A stretch of DNA of 36,318 bases from Thermoproteaceae archaeon (GTDB lineage Archaea; Thermoproteota; Thermoprotei; Thermoproteales; Thermoproteaceae): positions 1-36,318 of the forward strand of contig JAJHRB010000007.1 of assembly GCA_020833025.1 (NCBI GenBank), given 5' to 3'. This document shows, one piece after another, positions 26,240 to 35,922 of this stretch; positions within the stretch are counted from its first letter, which is position 1; the number at the start of each line of letters is the position of its first letter. Made by a program: the position numbers and the translations under genes. The notes under the pieces are model-generated. The model was given only the letters and a program-made list of their open reading frames with translations, had not been told where the DNA came from and ran no database searches.

Positions 26240-27100
26240 GTGGAGGACAGGCCCCCGCGCGACAGGGAGATGACGATCTTGGAGCACCTTTCCGAGCTTG
26301 GTACGCGGCTCAAGCGCGTCGCCATAGCGTTTGTGGTCGCCTTTATCATAACGTGGCTCCCCGCGCCAGGGCCCGGCGGCAGCCCGCTCAATATTCTCAC
26401 GTCATTCTTCGTCACCGGGGAGTACAACCCTCTTGCCTACTGGCTCTTCATGAGCTCGCTGCAGCCCCTCATGGCGGAACTGAACAAGACAGGTACCGTG
26501 AGGATAGGCCTGATAGCGGGCGAGGTCTGGAGCCCGCTGAACGCCGTTATTTACATCTCGCTGTACTTTGCGGCGCTCGCAGTGTTCCCGTATCTCGTGT
26601 ACGAGGTCTGGATGTACGTCAGGCCAGCCCTGTACTCGCACGAGGAGGGGGCCGCGAGGAGATATCTGGTGCCCGCCCTGCTACTGTTCTACGCCGGAAA
26701 TCTATTCAGCGCGCTGGTCGTGTACCCGGCGCTGCTGAGATTCATCGTGGGAATGTCGCGGATACTAAACGTCGAGGCCATCTTCAGCGTGTCCTCGGTA
26801 ATAAGCTCGTGGATTCAGCTGGCCCTCATAACAGGGGCAATCTTTGAGACTCCCGTCGTCATGGCAATTCTCTCTGAGCTGTGCCTCCTGAACCCGTGGA
26901 GTCTCGCGGGGTACAGGCCTGTTGTCTACGCGCTCGCGTTAATAGTAATTGCAATACTGACTCCCGACACCACTCTAATATCGACAACGCTAACATTCAT
27001 ACCGTTCGCGCTGCTGTTCGAGCTCGGCCTGCTCTGGAGCAAGCGAATAGTGCGCAAGTGCCCCGAGATGGCGCGGGAGGGGCTCGGTGTAGGCAGATAA
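26240..27100 (+). CDS. tatC: Twin-arginine translocase TatC
   Basis: MTILEHLSELGTRL, EVWMYVRPALY, FETPVV, ILTPD. Confidence 0.93.
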   Translation: MEDRPPRDREMTILEHLSELGTRLKRVAIAFVVAFIITWLPAPGPGGSPLNILTSFFVTGEYNPLAYWLFMSSLQPLMAELNKTGTVRIGLIAGEVWSPLNAVIYISLYFAALAVFPYLVYEVWMYVRPALYSHEEGAARRYLVPALLLFYAGNLFSALVVYPALLRFIVGMSRILNVEAIFSVSSVISSWIQLALITGAIFETPVVMAILSELCLLNPWSLAGYRPVVYALALIVIAILTPDTTLISTTLTFIPFALLFELGLLWSKRIVRKCPEMAREGLGVGR

Positions 27101-27124
27101 ATTGACGCGAATTCGGAGTGGCAG

Positions 27125-27496
27125 ATGAGTGTGGTCGGAATAAGGTTCGAGTACCTACACGCCGAGAGGCTCGGCACGCCGCCCTCGGGATCGCAGCTGC
27201 AAATAAACATGCACGTGATGATAGAGGGTGAGAGAGCTGTCAAGCGGGGCGATGCCCTCGAGGTGCCCTTTGCTGTCAGCGTTGCGTCAACGCCCAGCGT
27301 CGTTACTGTAACGATCAGGGGAGTCGCGTCAATACAGGGCGACGTTGATGCAAAGAATTTGCCGCCTCACGTGGCAGGCCCAATTATACAGGCAGCGCTC
27401 TTCGAGGCAGCGCTCATCATGAGGGAGCTAGGCCTGCCCCCGGCTCTGCCCATCCAGCCACAGCAGGCCGCTCAGCATGCGCCACAGTATGCGTGA
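27125..27496 (+). CDS. Archaeal SecB-like hypothetical protein
   Basis: Four-strand beta pattern, then helix ending IMRELGLPPALPI, resembling the SecB-fold C-terminal LPP motif. Confidence 0.5.
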   Translation: MSVVGIRFEYLHAERLGTPPSGSQLQINMHVMIEGERAVKRGDALEVPFAVSVASTPSVVTVTIRGVASIQGDVDAKNLPPHVAGPIIQAALFEAALIMRELGLPPALPIQPQQAAQHAPQYA

Positions 27497-27503
27497 TGGC
27501 CTG

Positions 27504-28805
27504 TCATGCCTCCTTGCCGAGAAACTCGGTGACAGGCCTCTCGACCTCCTCTCTCTTGCCGAGGTCCTTTACTCTCACCACGCCCCTCTCTAGCTCCCTC
27601 CTCCCAATAATGACCATGTACCTCACGCCCAGCCTCAGCGCGTACTCTAGGGCCTCTCTCAGGGTCTTATCGCCCAGTTCTATGACGACGTCGCTGCCGC
27701 TGGCGCGCATTCGCCGGGCAATCGCCGCGGCTAGACTGTACGCCCCGTCGTCAAAGATGTAAATGTAATAATCGGGCGGCTTCTCGATGCCCTGAACTCC
27801 CAGCGCCTCCATGAGTCTCTCGACGCCCAGGGCGAAGCCCAGCGCGGGCATGCTGATGCCGCTGTACAGCTCCAGCAAGCTATCATAGCGACCCCCGCCG
27901 CCAATTGCCAGCTTGTAATTGCCAGCGAATACCTCGAATACCATTCCGGTGTAGTAATCAAGCCCCCTCACGATGGACATGTCGAATACAAACTTGTCAA
28001 GGCCCGACGCAGAGTCTAGATACTTTAGCAACTTGCAGTAGAAATTGTACAGTTCAGCTCCGGCTCTCTTTATGATGCTCTCAACCGCCTCTTGGAGGGG
28101 CATCTCCACTGCGGCGTCGTAAATGGCCTCCGCCTTGCTGGGCTCAACTCCGCTGCTCGTCATGATTTTCACGACGTCCTCCCGGGGCAGTTTGTGCTTC
28201 TTATCCAGCGCGCGGTAAATCGCTTCTCTATACTCGCGGACTCCCATGCTCTCGAGCATCTTGTCCACCATTTTCCTGTCGTTTATCCTAACCACGAAAT
28301 CAGGCACGCCGACAGCCCTTAGGGACTCCGCAAGCACGCCGAGGACCTCTGCGTCCGCTCTGGGGCTGGACGAGCCCACTAGCTCCACGCCGAATTGGTG
28401 GAATTCCCGGTAGCGCCCGTGCTGCGGCTCGTCGTAGCGGTACACCCTGGAGAAGTAGTACCATCTGACGGGCCTCGGAATTGTAAGGTTGTAAGAGATC
28501 GCCCGCGCGATAGGAACTGTCATGTCGAACCGGAGGCCCAGCTCTCTGCCTGCCCTGTCCTTGAAGTAGTAAATCTCGCCTACAATCTCGCGGCCCGCCC
28601 TCCTGGCGAGCACTTCAAAGTGCTCGACGACAGGAGTTTCCACTCTCCTGTAGCCAAACGACTCGGCCACTCTCGACAGCAGCTCCTCCATCCGCCTGAG
28701 CGCGTAAAACTGGGGCGGGAGCCAGTCGCGCATCCCGCGCACCGGCCTCCTCAGGTGATCTGGGAGGCCTCCGGTGCCTGTCGCCGCCTGTGCTCTCTGC
28801 GTCAC
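27504..28805 (-). CDS. hisS: Histidine--tRNA ligase
   Basis: RGMRD, LRFDMTVP, YRYDEPQHGRYREFHQ, IVRGLDYYTG, GGGRYD. Confidence 0.97.
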   Translation of the reverse strand: MTQRAQAATGTGGLPDHLRRPVRGMRDWLPPQFYALRRMEELLSRVAESFGYRRVETPVVEHFEVLARRAGREIVGEIYYFKDRAGRELGLRFDMTVPIARAISYNLTIPRPVRWYYFSRVYRYDEPQHGRYREFHQFGVELVGSSSPRADAEVLGVLAESLRAVGVPDFVVRINDRKMVDKMLESMGVREYREAIYRALDKKHKLPREDVVKIMTSSGVEPSKAEAIYDAAVEMPLQEAVESIIKRAGAELYNFYCKLLKYLDSASGLDKFVFDMSIVRGLDYYTGMVFEVFAGNYKLAIGGGGRYDSLLELYSGISMPALGFALGVERLMEALGVQGIEKPPDYYIYIFDDGAYSLAAAIARRMRASGSDVVIELGDKTLREALEYALRLGVRYMVIIGRRELERGVVRVKDLGKREEVERPVTEFLGKEA

Positions 28806-28859
28806 TCAAGCACCTTAACGGTGTAGTTATTTGCTTTTCCCACTTCCGGTCGCCCGCCC

Positions 28860-29264
28860 CTAGACCAGCTGGAGCCTGTAGGCATAGAGCGTGAGCGCGA
28901 GAGGCGGGAGCCTGCTTACCCTACTGGCGACAGGCACTAAGGCGAGCACGGGGCCTGACACTGATCTGTCGAGCACTCGAATTCTCACTCTCTTGTTGCA
29001 GACGACGCCGCTTAAGAGCCCGTCCTTAACCTCGCCCTCTATCACGTGATCGAAGTGGCTCAGTAAGAACTCGTCAAGTCTCACTCTAGTCATGTTTAAC
29101 AGCATCACGCCGCGTCGCGCTCTGAAGAGAGACGCTCGGAACGGGGGCTCCATGCCTGTGGGGAGTTCCACGAGCTTCACGCGCACTGCGCCGCAGTGCG
29201 GAGGCTCCGCGGTGATGTAGTACAGCCCGGCGCAGGGTCCGCGCGCAAGCGCCACTACGTCCAT
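28860..29264 (-). CDS. Hypothetical protein
   Basis: ORF with typical composition; ATG 29264 lies ~24 nt after TTAAAA box at 29286-29291. Confidence 0.6.
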   Translation of the reverse strand: MDVVALARGPCAGLYYITAEPPHCGAVRVKLVELPTGMEPPFRASLFRARRGVMLLNMTRVRLDEFLLSHFDHVIEGEVKDGLLSGVVCNKRVRIRVLDRSVSGPVLALVPVASRVSRLPPLALTLYAYRLQLV

Positions 29265-29299
29265 GCCGGCGTCTCGCGGCGCCATTTTAAGGAACGCGC

Positions 29300-29333
29300 A
29301 GGTTCACGGCGTGAACTTGAGGTTCACGGCGTG
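29300..29333. repeat. Tandem 14-bp direct repeat AGGTTCACGGCGTG, 20-nt period, first copy palindromic (GTTCAC-GGC-GTGAAC)
   Basis: Copies at 29300-29313 and 29320-29333; palindrome at 29302-29316. Confidence 0.85.
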
Positions 29334-29375
29334 GAAAACGCGGGGAAAAGCCTTGCGGCAATTTCCGAGAGGGCC

Positions 29376-29858
29376 TTAGGAGCGCGCTACTTTCAACTTT
29401 CTTGGCGTGCCTCTCACGTAATCCACAATCACCTCAACCGGCTTGCGCAGCTCCTCCACTCTCGGCGGCTCTTTCTCTCTGTCGGGCGTGAATACCATGC
29501 TGTCGTAGCTGTAAAACGCCAAGTCCTTGATTTCCGTCGAGTACAGCGCGTCTGCAGGGCATGTGTCAATGCAGAAGTGGCACATTATGCAACGCCCGTA
29601 GTCAATTCCTGGGCGCCTCTTTCCATCTGGCGCCAGGTACATCTTAATTGCATTGGCGGGGCATACGCGGGCGCACATCATACACGAGGTGCACTTCTCG
29701 ACGTGCAAGCCTATCCAGCCCCGCACGGCGCCGTACTCCAGCCTCTCATAGGGGTAGTATATTGTAATACGCTCCGGCTTGATGAAGTTCCTGATGACTA
29801 CTTTAAATGCATCCACTGTGAACTTTATTATTGAGCGCGCCGACATCTTCGCCCTCAT
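29376..29858 (-). CDS. nuoI: NADH:quinone oxidoreductase-like subunit I (2x[4Fe-4S])
   Basis: CTSCMMCARVCP and CIMCHFCIDTCP; ATGA overlap with nuoH stop. Confidence 0.93.
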   Translation of the reverse strand: MRAKMSARSIIKFTVDAFKVVIRNFIKPERITIYYPYERLEYGAVRGWIGLHVEKCTSCMMCARVCPANAIKMYLAPDGKRRPGIDYGRCIMCHFCIDTCPADALYSTEIKDLAFYSYDSMVFTPDREKEPPRVEELRKPVEVIVDYVRGTPRKLKVARS

Positions 29859-30913
29859 GGCGCCGCGCCCGCGAGCCTCAGCGCCACTGACCACGCGAGC
29901 GATAGAACTGACATGACTAAAAGTCCCCTCCACCCAAGCGCGAGTGCATGATCGAGCCTCAGCACGGGCATCACGGCCCTAAGAAATACTAGAAAGAACA
30001 TGAGCGCGGCAACCTTCACAAAAACCCACGCGGAGAGCATCAAGTGCCCTAGCATGTCCTGAGGCCACGGCCCGGCGGAGAAGCCGGGGAGGGACCAGCC
30101 GCCGAGGAATAGAAGCGACGCGAGAAACGAGTAAGAGAACGCAGCGTAGTACGTGCCGCCGGCAAACGACAGCACGAGAAACACCCCGCCGTAATCGCTG
30201 TAAGGCCCCGTGGCCACGTCGCCCTCGTAATCTGCTATCTCGAAGGGAAACCGCGCCGTTGCCATCGCAACGGCGGTCATGAACGCCAAGAACGCAAGGG
30301 GGTTCATAACCGCGCCGACGAGGGCGTACTGCTTGGCCACTATTTCGAGCGGGTTGAGAGTCCCGTATAGTATTACCATGGCGAGGAATGAGAGCAGCAG
30401 AGGGACCTCATACGCTGCAACTAGGAGTGCCTCGCGGGCAGCGCCTATATAGGCAAACCTGTTATTTGCAGACCAGCCTATGATTACAACGGAGATGGAG
30501 ACTAGAAGCAGCAGCGCGAGCGAGAACACCAGGCCGTAGGGGAGCAGGCCCGGGTCCCTTATCAGTCTCAGGTCAGGGGTCAGCGGCAGCAGCAAGGACG
30601 CGCCGAATGCCAGCGTGATGAATATGGGCGGCCCCCAGGTGAAGAGAATCCTGAATGCCCCCCTGTGTACTATTGGCTCGCTTATTATGAACTTAAGCGC
30701 GTCAGCCACCAGCTGCAGGAGCCCGCCGAGTCTCGGCGAGGCGTGATAGGGGCCGACTCTCATTTGAACTCTCGCCGCGGCCTTGCGCTCGAACCAGACG
30801 GCAAGCAGCAAGACGGCGCTCGACGCCACTAACATGACGGCAAAGAACCACACGCGAGGCGATAGGAGCGCGCTCTGGATCAGCTGGGCGATCGCCTCGG
30901 GAGTGGCGTTCAT
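29855..30913 (-). CDS. nuoH: NADH:quinone oxidoreductase-like subunit H
   Basis: ERKAAARVQMRVGP, GLLQLVADALK, AAYEVP, RFPFEIAD. Confidence 0.93.
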   Translation of the reverse strand: MNATPEAIAQLIQSALLSPRVWFFAVMLVASSAVLLLAVWFERKAAARVQMRVGPYHASPRLGGLLQLVADALKFIISEPIVHRGAFRILFTWGPPIFITLAFGASLLLPLTPDLRLIRDPGLLPYGLVFSLALLLLVSISVVIIGWSANNRFAYIGAAREALLVAAYEVPLLLSFLAMVILYGTLNPLEIVAKQYALVGAVMNPLAFLAFMTAVAMATARFPFEIADYEGDVATGPYSDYGGVFLVLSFAGGTYYAAFSYSFLASLLFLGGWSLPGFSAGPWPQDMLGHLMLSAWVFVKVAALMFFLVFLRAVMPVLRLDHALALGWRGLLVMSVLSLAWSVALRLAGAAP

Positions 30914-30953
30914 GCCGTAGATTGCCTGGAGGGTTAATTGCTTACCGCCGTGT

Positions 30954-32159
30954 TTACCTGTCTTGCTCGGGCGGGAAGTAGCCGAAAGAGCCGTAAATTG
31001 CCGGCAGGTCCATGAGTCTCGACCCTATGAATGCCTTTATCATAGCGCGCAGGTTCTGCCACGACGGCGTTGTGATCCTTACTCTGTGCGGCCTCTCAGT
31101 GCCGTCCCCGAGGACGTGAAAGAGGAAGCGGCCGCGCCCGCCCTCCGTGACGCCCACAGCCTCTGCAGGGGGCAGTCTCATGAGGAACAGCGCTGTTAGC
31201 TTCACGCGCCTTGACGCCATCTCCCGAAGCTTGGGCGGCATCTTGCCCAAGAGTGCGTCGCCGACGAGCGGCCCATCTCTCGGCACTTTCTCAAGCGCCT
31301 GCCTGATGATTCTGGCGCTCTGCTTTATCTCGCAAATTCTGACCAGCGTCCTGGCTAGGGAGTCCCCGCCGTCCTCAACGCACACGCTCCACTCAAACTC
31401 GCCGTAGGCGCCGTATTTGTAATCCCGCCTCGCGTCCCAGTCAATTCCCGAGCCCCTTGCGCCGGGCCCCGTGGCCATGTACCTCGCGGCGTCCTCTCTG
31501 CTAAGGTAACCAACGTCCCTCAGCCTGTAATACCCAACGGGATTCTTTATAACAACTGTTACAAACTCATCAATTTTTTTCTCTAAATAATTCAAGTATT
31601 CTTTTGTCTTTGTGTAAAATGCATCCGGCGGCGCCGTGCGGGCGCCGCCGGGCAGGATCCAGGTCGGCGTGGTTCTCGAGCCTGTGACCATAGCCCACAG
31701 ATGCACCAAAAGCTCGCGCAAACCGAAGGCCCACATGTACCCCGTCGACGACCCGATCATTATTGAGTGTATCCCGAGGTCGTAAAGGTGCGTGGAGATC
31801 CTGCTCAGCTCTGCCATTATGACCCTGAGGTACTGCGCCCGCTTTGGCACGTCCAGACCGAGCAGCTTCTCAATGGCCATGACGTAGGCCCACGTCACGT
31901 TTATCGCGTCGGGCAGCGAGATTCTCTCGAATAGCGGTATGTTCTGTATCCAGTGCCGGGTCTCCCCGAGCTTCTCCATGGTGCGGTGCACGTAGCCCGG
32001 ATCCGGCGTGACGTTAACGACAATATCGCCCTCCACCTCGACTATAAAGCGCGTGTGGCCGGAGGAGGGGTGCTGAGGCCCCCAGAAAATCTCCAGGACT
32101 CGCCGCTCTCCGCTGCCCTCCTCTCTCAACACGAGCCCGTAGCTCTCAACCCTAACCAT
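30954..32159 (-). CDS. nuoD: NADH:quinone oxidoreductase-like subunit D
   Basis: WGPQHP, GYVHRTMEK, AELSRI, ARGSGIDWDAR, EGGRG, RVRITTPS; no NiFe CxxC motifs seen. Confidence 0.93.
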   Translation of the reverse strand: MVRVESYGLVLREEGSGERRVLEIFWGPQHPSSGHTRFIVEVEGDIVVNVTPDPGYVHRTMEKLGETRHWIQNIPLFERISLPDAINVTWAYVMAIEKLLGLDVPKRAQYLRVIMAELSRISTHLYDLGIHSIMIGSSTGYMWAFGLRELLVHLWAMVTGSRTTPTWILPGGARTAPPDAFYTKTKEYLNYLEKKIDEFVTVVIKNPVGYYRLRDVGYLSREDAARYMATGPGARGSGIDWDARRDYKYGAYGEFEWSVCVEDGGDSLARTLVRICEIKQSARIIRQALEKVPRDGPLVGDALLGKMPPKLREMASRRVKLTALFLMRLPPAEAVGVTEGGRGRFLFHVLGDGTERPHRVRITTPSWQNLRAMIKAFIGSRLMDLPAIYGSFGYFPPEQDR

Positions 32160-32281
32160 GTGCTCGCATCTCGCCCTAAATTAATCTGTTGGCACAGCCC
32201 GCGCCCTCGCTGCAGCGGCGCCATCAAAGCGCCTGGCTATCTTCGCAGCTTACTTTTTCTGCCGGGCCGCGCAGCGCTGCT

Positions 32282-32833
32282 ATGCACGACGAAGTGCTCA
32301 GACTGGAGGAGAGCATCAGACTCCTGCTGAAATACCTCGGAGAGGACGCCGAGAGGCCCGACCTGAGAGACACGCCCAGGAGATTCCTGCAGGCAATGAG
32401 CGAGCTAACGAGGGGCTTGAGAGAGCCAGCGCCAGAGATTGTATTCTTCTCCCTTGACGGCAAGGAGCGGCCCGGCCCTGTGATGATAGAGGACATTAGT
32501 GCGGCGTCTCTCTGCGAGCATCACTTGCTCCCAATTATCATGAGGGTCTCTGTAGCGTACGTGCCTGGAGATAGAGTGCCCGGGCTGAGCAAAGTCATTA
32601 GGCTGGTGAGGTGGGCCGCGGCGCGACCGATACTGCAGGAGCGCTTCACTGAATGGCTCGCGGACCTGCTCGCCGAGAGGCTCGGCGCGAGATCCGTCTC
32701 GGTGAGGGTCTGCGGCATTCACATGTGCGCATTCTTAAGAGGCGTCGTCGACGAGCACCACAAGATGATTACGCAGGCAAAGCGAGGCGAGATAGACATA
32801 ATGCCGGGATGTAAGTGCCCGGCCTTTCGGTGA
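32282..32833 (+). CDS. folE: GTP cyclohydrolase I
   Basis: DTPRR, SLCEHHLLP, GLSKVIR, LQERFT, HMCAFLRG. Confidence 0.92.
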   Translation: MHDEVLRLEESIRLLLKYLGEDAERPDLRDTPRRFLQAMSELTRGLREPAPEIVFFSLDGKERPGPVMIEDISAASLCEHHLLPIIMRVSVAYVPGDRVPGLSKVIRLVRWAAARPILQERFTEWLADLLAERLGARSVSVRVCGIHMCAFLRGVVDEHHKMITQAKRGEIDIMPGCKCPAFR

Positions 32834-32890
32834 GGGCGGGGTGTCACTTGCTAAATTAAGTTTAAATTTTCGAAAACTAGAAACAGCGAT

Positions 32891-33361
32891 ATGACTGAGG
32901 AGGTCAAGCTAACGGACAGACAGTATCAGCTGCTAAGCCTCTTGTTACAGCGGGCGCAGCCCATGAGAGTTTACACTGTGTACGGGGACCAGGACGAGAT
33001 AGCGAGGGAGCTGGGCATGACGAGACAGGCTCTCGCAATTCACCTGAAGAGGCTCAAGGAGCTTAATCTCGTAAGGACTGGGAGAGAGTTTATAGACATA
33101 ACCGAGAAAGCCGTTAGACTCCTCAAGGGGCACTCTAGTGACGTGATAATTCTCGTCAAGATAGAGCCAAAATACCGCGAGAAGGCGTACGAGATTGCCA
33201 AGAAGCTGCCGATAGAGAAGGCGTTGAGGCTGGCGGGCGATTACGACCTAGCAATAATAACGCAGGAGACAGTGCTTGACAAGGTGCTTGACGCAGTAAA
33301 CAACATGGAAGGCGTCAGAGAGACGAGGACGCTGATTTCTATAGGAACGATAAAGGAGTAG
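32891..33361 (+). CDS. Lrp/AsnC-like transcriptional regulator
   Basis: HTH QDEIARELGMTRQALAIHLKRL plus C-terminal LAGDYDLAI...MEGVRETRT. Confidence 0.8.
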   Translation: MTEEVKLTDRQYQLLSLLLQRAQPMRVYTVYGDQDEIARELGMTRQALAIHLKRLKELNLVRTGREFIDITEKAVRLLKGHSSDVIILVKIEPKYREKAYEIAKKLPIEKALRLAGDYDLAIITQETVLDKVLDAVNNMEGVRETRTLISIGTIKE

Positions 33362-33387
33362 CCGCGCGGCAGCCCGCGCCGGCGGGA

Positions 33388-35850
33388 ATGAAGTGCTTAA
33401 CCGGAAGGGACTTTGTTTTTCCCGACTACCTCCCCAGATTCTCCCGCAGCTTTGATTTCGATATCCTCCACATGCTACTCGATATAGAGATAGATATCGA
33501 GGGGGAGGCTGTCAATGGCACGGTGAGGTACAGAGCGAGGGCGAGGAGGGACGGCGCCAAGGTAGTGCTGGACGCCGTTGAGATGGAAGTGCTGGGGGCG
33601 AGCCACGACTATTACTACAGCGGAGAGGTAATTGAGATCTCGCCCCAGTGGAGGGCGGGAGACGTGGCAGAGGTCGCCGTGAGCTACAGGGCGAGGCCAA
33701 GGGCAGGCATGTACTTCGTCAGAAGGGGAGGGCTAGTTTACGTGTGGACGCAGGGAGAGACAGAGTATAACAGGTACTGGGTGCCGATACCCGACTCGCC
33801 CAACATAAAGTTCCCGTGGACCGTTGCCGTGACTGTCCCGAAGCCTCTCACGGCCGGGAGCAATGGCGTTTTGGCAGCCGTGAGGGATCTAGGCGACAGG
33901 ACCGCCTTCGTCTGGGAGATGAAGCACCCGATGTCGCCGTACTTGCTCGCGATAGTCGCGGGCGATTTCGAAATTCACAGGGAGACGTGCGGCAGAGCTA
34001 CACTAGAGTACTACGTGCCGAGGTACATCGCCGGCGACTGGAGGCTCTCGTTCTACAACACTTGCGAGATTCTTAAGTTCTACTCTGAGTACCTCGGAGT
34101 CCCGTACCCTTACGAGCGTTACGCTCAGGTCATCGTGCCCGAGTTCATATACGGCGGCATGGAGAACACCACCATCACGGTGCTCTCCGACTGGACGGTG
34201 CACGACAAGCACGCGCACTGCCCGTACGGCGACTTCCCCTGCCCGGAGCTGGAGGACTACACCTCTGACCCCCTTGTCGCACACGAGCTGTCGCACATGT
34301 GGTTCGGCGACCTCGTGACGGCGAAAGACTGGGGGCACATAGCGATAAACGAGGCGCTGGCAACGCTCATGGAGGCCCTGTGGCTCGAGAGGAGCAAGGG
34401 CCGCGACGAGTACATTTATAAAATGTATTTAAATTTCAAGAGCTACTTAGACGAGTACTCCAGGAGGTATTCAAGGCCAATAGTGATAAATGTGTATAAA
34501 ATTCCAGACGAGCTTTTTGACAAGCACTCATACGAGAAGGGGTGCGTGGCGCTCCACACGCTGAGGGGTCTCATCGGCGACGGCGCCTTCAGGACCGGCC
34601 TTAAGCTCTTTCTCGAGCGTTACAAGTACAAGGCCGTAGATATGGAGGACCTGAGAAAGGCAATGGAGGAGGCGTCTGGGCGGGACCTGGAGTGGTTCTG
34701 GAGGCAGTTCTTCTACTCGGCGGGCCACCCCGTTTTGAGAGTCTCGTGGGGCTACTCAGACGGAGAGCTCAGGCTCAGGATGGAGCAGGCACAGAGAGAC
34801 GACAGCTACCCCGTCTACACCCTCCCCCTGGATGTGAAAATAGTGTACGAGGACGGCACGAGGGAGTTGAGGGAGGTTGTCGTGAGCGAGAGGGAGGTCG
34901 CGCTGCGCGCGCGTTGCAAAAAGCCAAGATATGTTTGCGTCGACCCGGCATTTAAGGTCATGAAGGTGCTCGAGCCGCAGTATCCGCTTGAGTCTGCAGT
35001 TGCGATGCTGGGCGATGACGAGGTTTACTGCCGGCTTCAGGCAGTCGACGCGCTGAGGAGAAACGGCAGCAGGAGGGCCGTCGAGGCGCTGGCAACAGCT
35101 CTGCGCGACAAGTTCTGGGGCGTTGCAGTTGAGGCCGCGAGGGCGCTCGGCGAGATCGGCAGCAGGGAGGCCGTAGAGAGGCTGGTCGAGGCTTACGGCG
35201 GGGTGCGCCACCCGCGGGTGAGGAGGGCTATTGTCGAGGCGCTGGGCAGCTCAAGGCGCAAGGAGGCGGCAGAGTTTCTCGACAGGGTGCTTCACGACAG
35301 CAGCGAGAGCTATTACGTGAGGGCAGAGGCTGCCAGGGCGCTGGGGAGGCTCAAGTGGGAGTTCGCCGAGCACAGCCTCAAGAGGGCTCTCGAGTACGAG
35401 AGCCACCTCGAGGTCATAAAGCGGGGCGCCCTCGAGGGGCTGGCAGAGCTGGGAGCCGAGGACGCGCTGAGGCTGGTGCTGAGACACGCAGAGCCCGACG
35501 TGCCGACGCCCGTAAGAGTTACGGCAGTCCAGTCTCTCGCAAAGTTCGGGCCGCGCAAGGAGGTCCTCGAGGCCGTGAGGAGGGCAATGAGAGACGGCAG
35601 CGTTAGAGTGAGGCTGGCAGCCCTAGCCGCGGCGCTCGAGCTGCTCGAGCCGCGCCTGCTGGCGGACCTGCAGGAGCTCGCTGAGCGCGATGTGGAGGGC
35701 CGCGTCAGGAGAATGGCGAGAGAGGTCGCGGAGAAAATAAGGAGGGCTATGGAGAGAGGCGCGGAGTACCAGAGACTGAGGGAGGAGGTGGAGAGGCTGC
35801 GCGAGGAGTACAGAAAGCTGCTGGACCGCATTAGCCACATGGAGCGCTAG
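33388..35850 (+). CDS. M1-family aminopeptidase with C-terminal HEAT repeats
   Basis: GGMEN, HELSHMWFG...NEALA, YEKG; HEAT repeats ARALGEIG, ARALGRL. Confidence 0.93.
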   Translation: MKCLTGRDFVFPDYLPRFSRSFDFDILHMLLDIEIDIEGEAVNGTVRYRARARRDGAKVVLDAVEMEVLGASHDYYYSGEVIEISPQWRAGDVAEVAVSYRARPRAGMYFVRRGGLVYVWTQGETEYNRYWVPIPDSPNIKFPWTVAVTVPKPLTAGSNGVLAAVRDLGDRTAFVWEMKHPMSPYLLAIVAGDFEIHRETCGRATLEYYVPRYIAGDWRLSFYNTCEILKFYSEYLGVPYPYERYAQVIVPEFIYGGMENTTITVLSDWTVHDKHAHCPYGDFPCPELEDYTSDPLVAHELSHMWFGDLVTAKDWGHIAINEALATLMEALWLERSKGRDEYIYKMYLNFKSYLDEYSRRYSRPIVINVYKIPDELFDKHSYEKGCVALHTLRGLIGDGAFRTGLKLFLERYKYKAVDMEDLRKAMEEASGRDLEWFWRQFFYSAGHPVLRVSWGYSDGELRLRMEQAQRDDSYPVYTLPLDVKIVYEDGTRELREVVVSEREVALRARCKKPRYVCVDPAFKVMKVLEPQYPLESAVAMLGDDEVYCRLQAVDALRRNGSRRAVEALATALRDKFWGVAVEAARALGEIGSREAVERLVEAYGGVRHPRVRRAIVEALGSSRRKEAAEFLDRVLHDSSESYYVRAEAARALGRLKWEFAEHSLKRALEYESHLEVIKRGALEGLAELGAEDALRLVLRHAEPDVPTPVRVTAVQSLAKFGPRKEVLEAVRRAMRDGSVRVRLAALAAALELLEPRLLADLQELAERDVEGRVRRMAREVAEKIRRAMERGAEYQRLREEVERLREEYRKLLDRISHMER

Positions 35851-35922
35851 AGCGCGCAGGTCCCTGGGAGGACGCGGCTGAGAGTAGCCGCGGGGGCGCC
35901 GCGCTTTGTCTCGTGACGAGGA

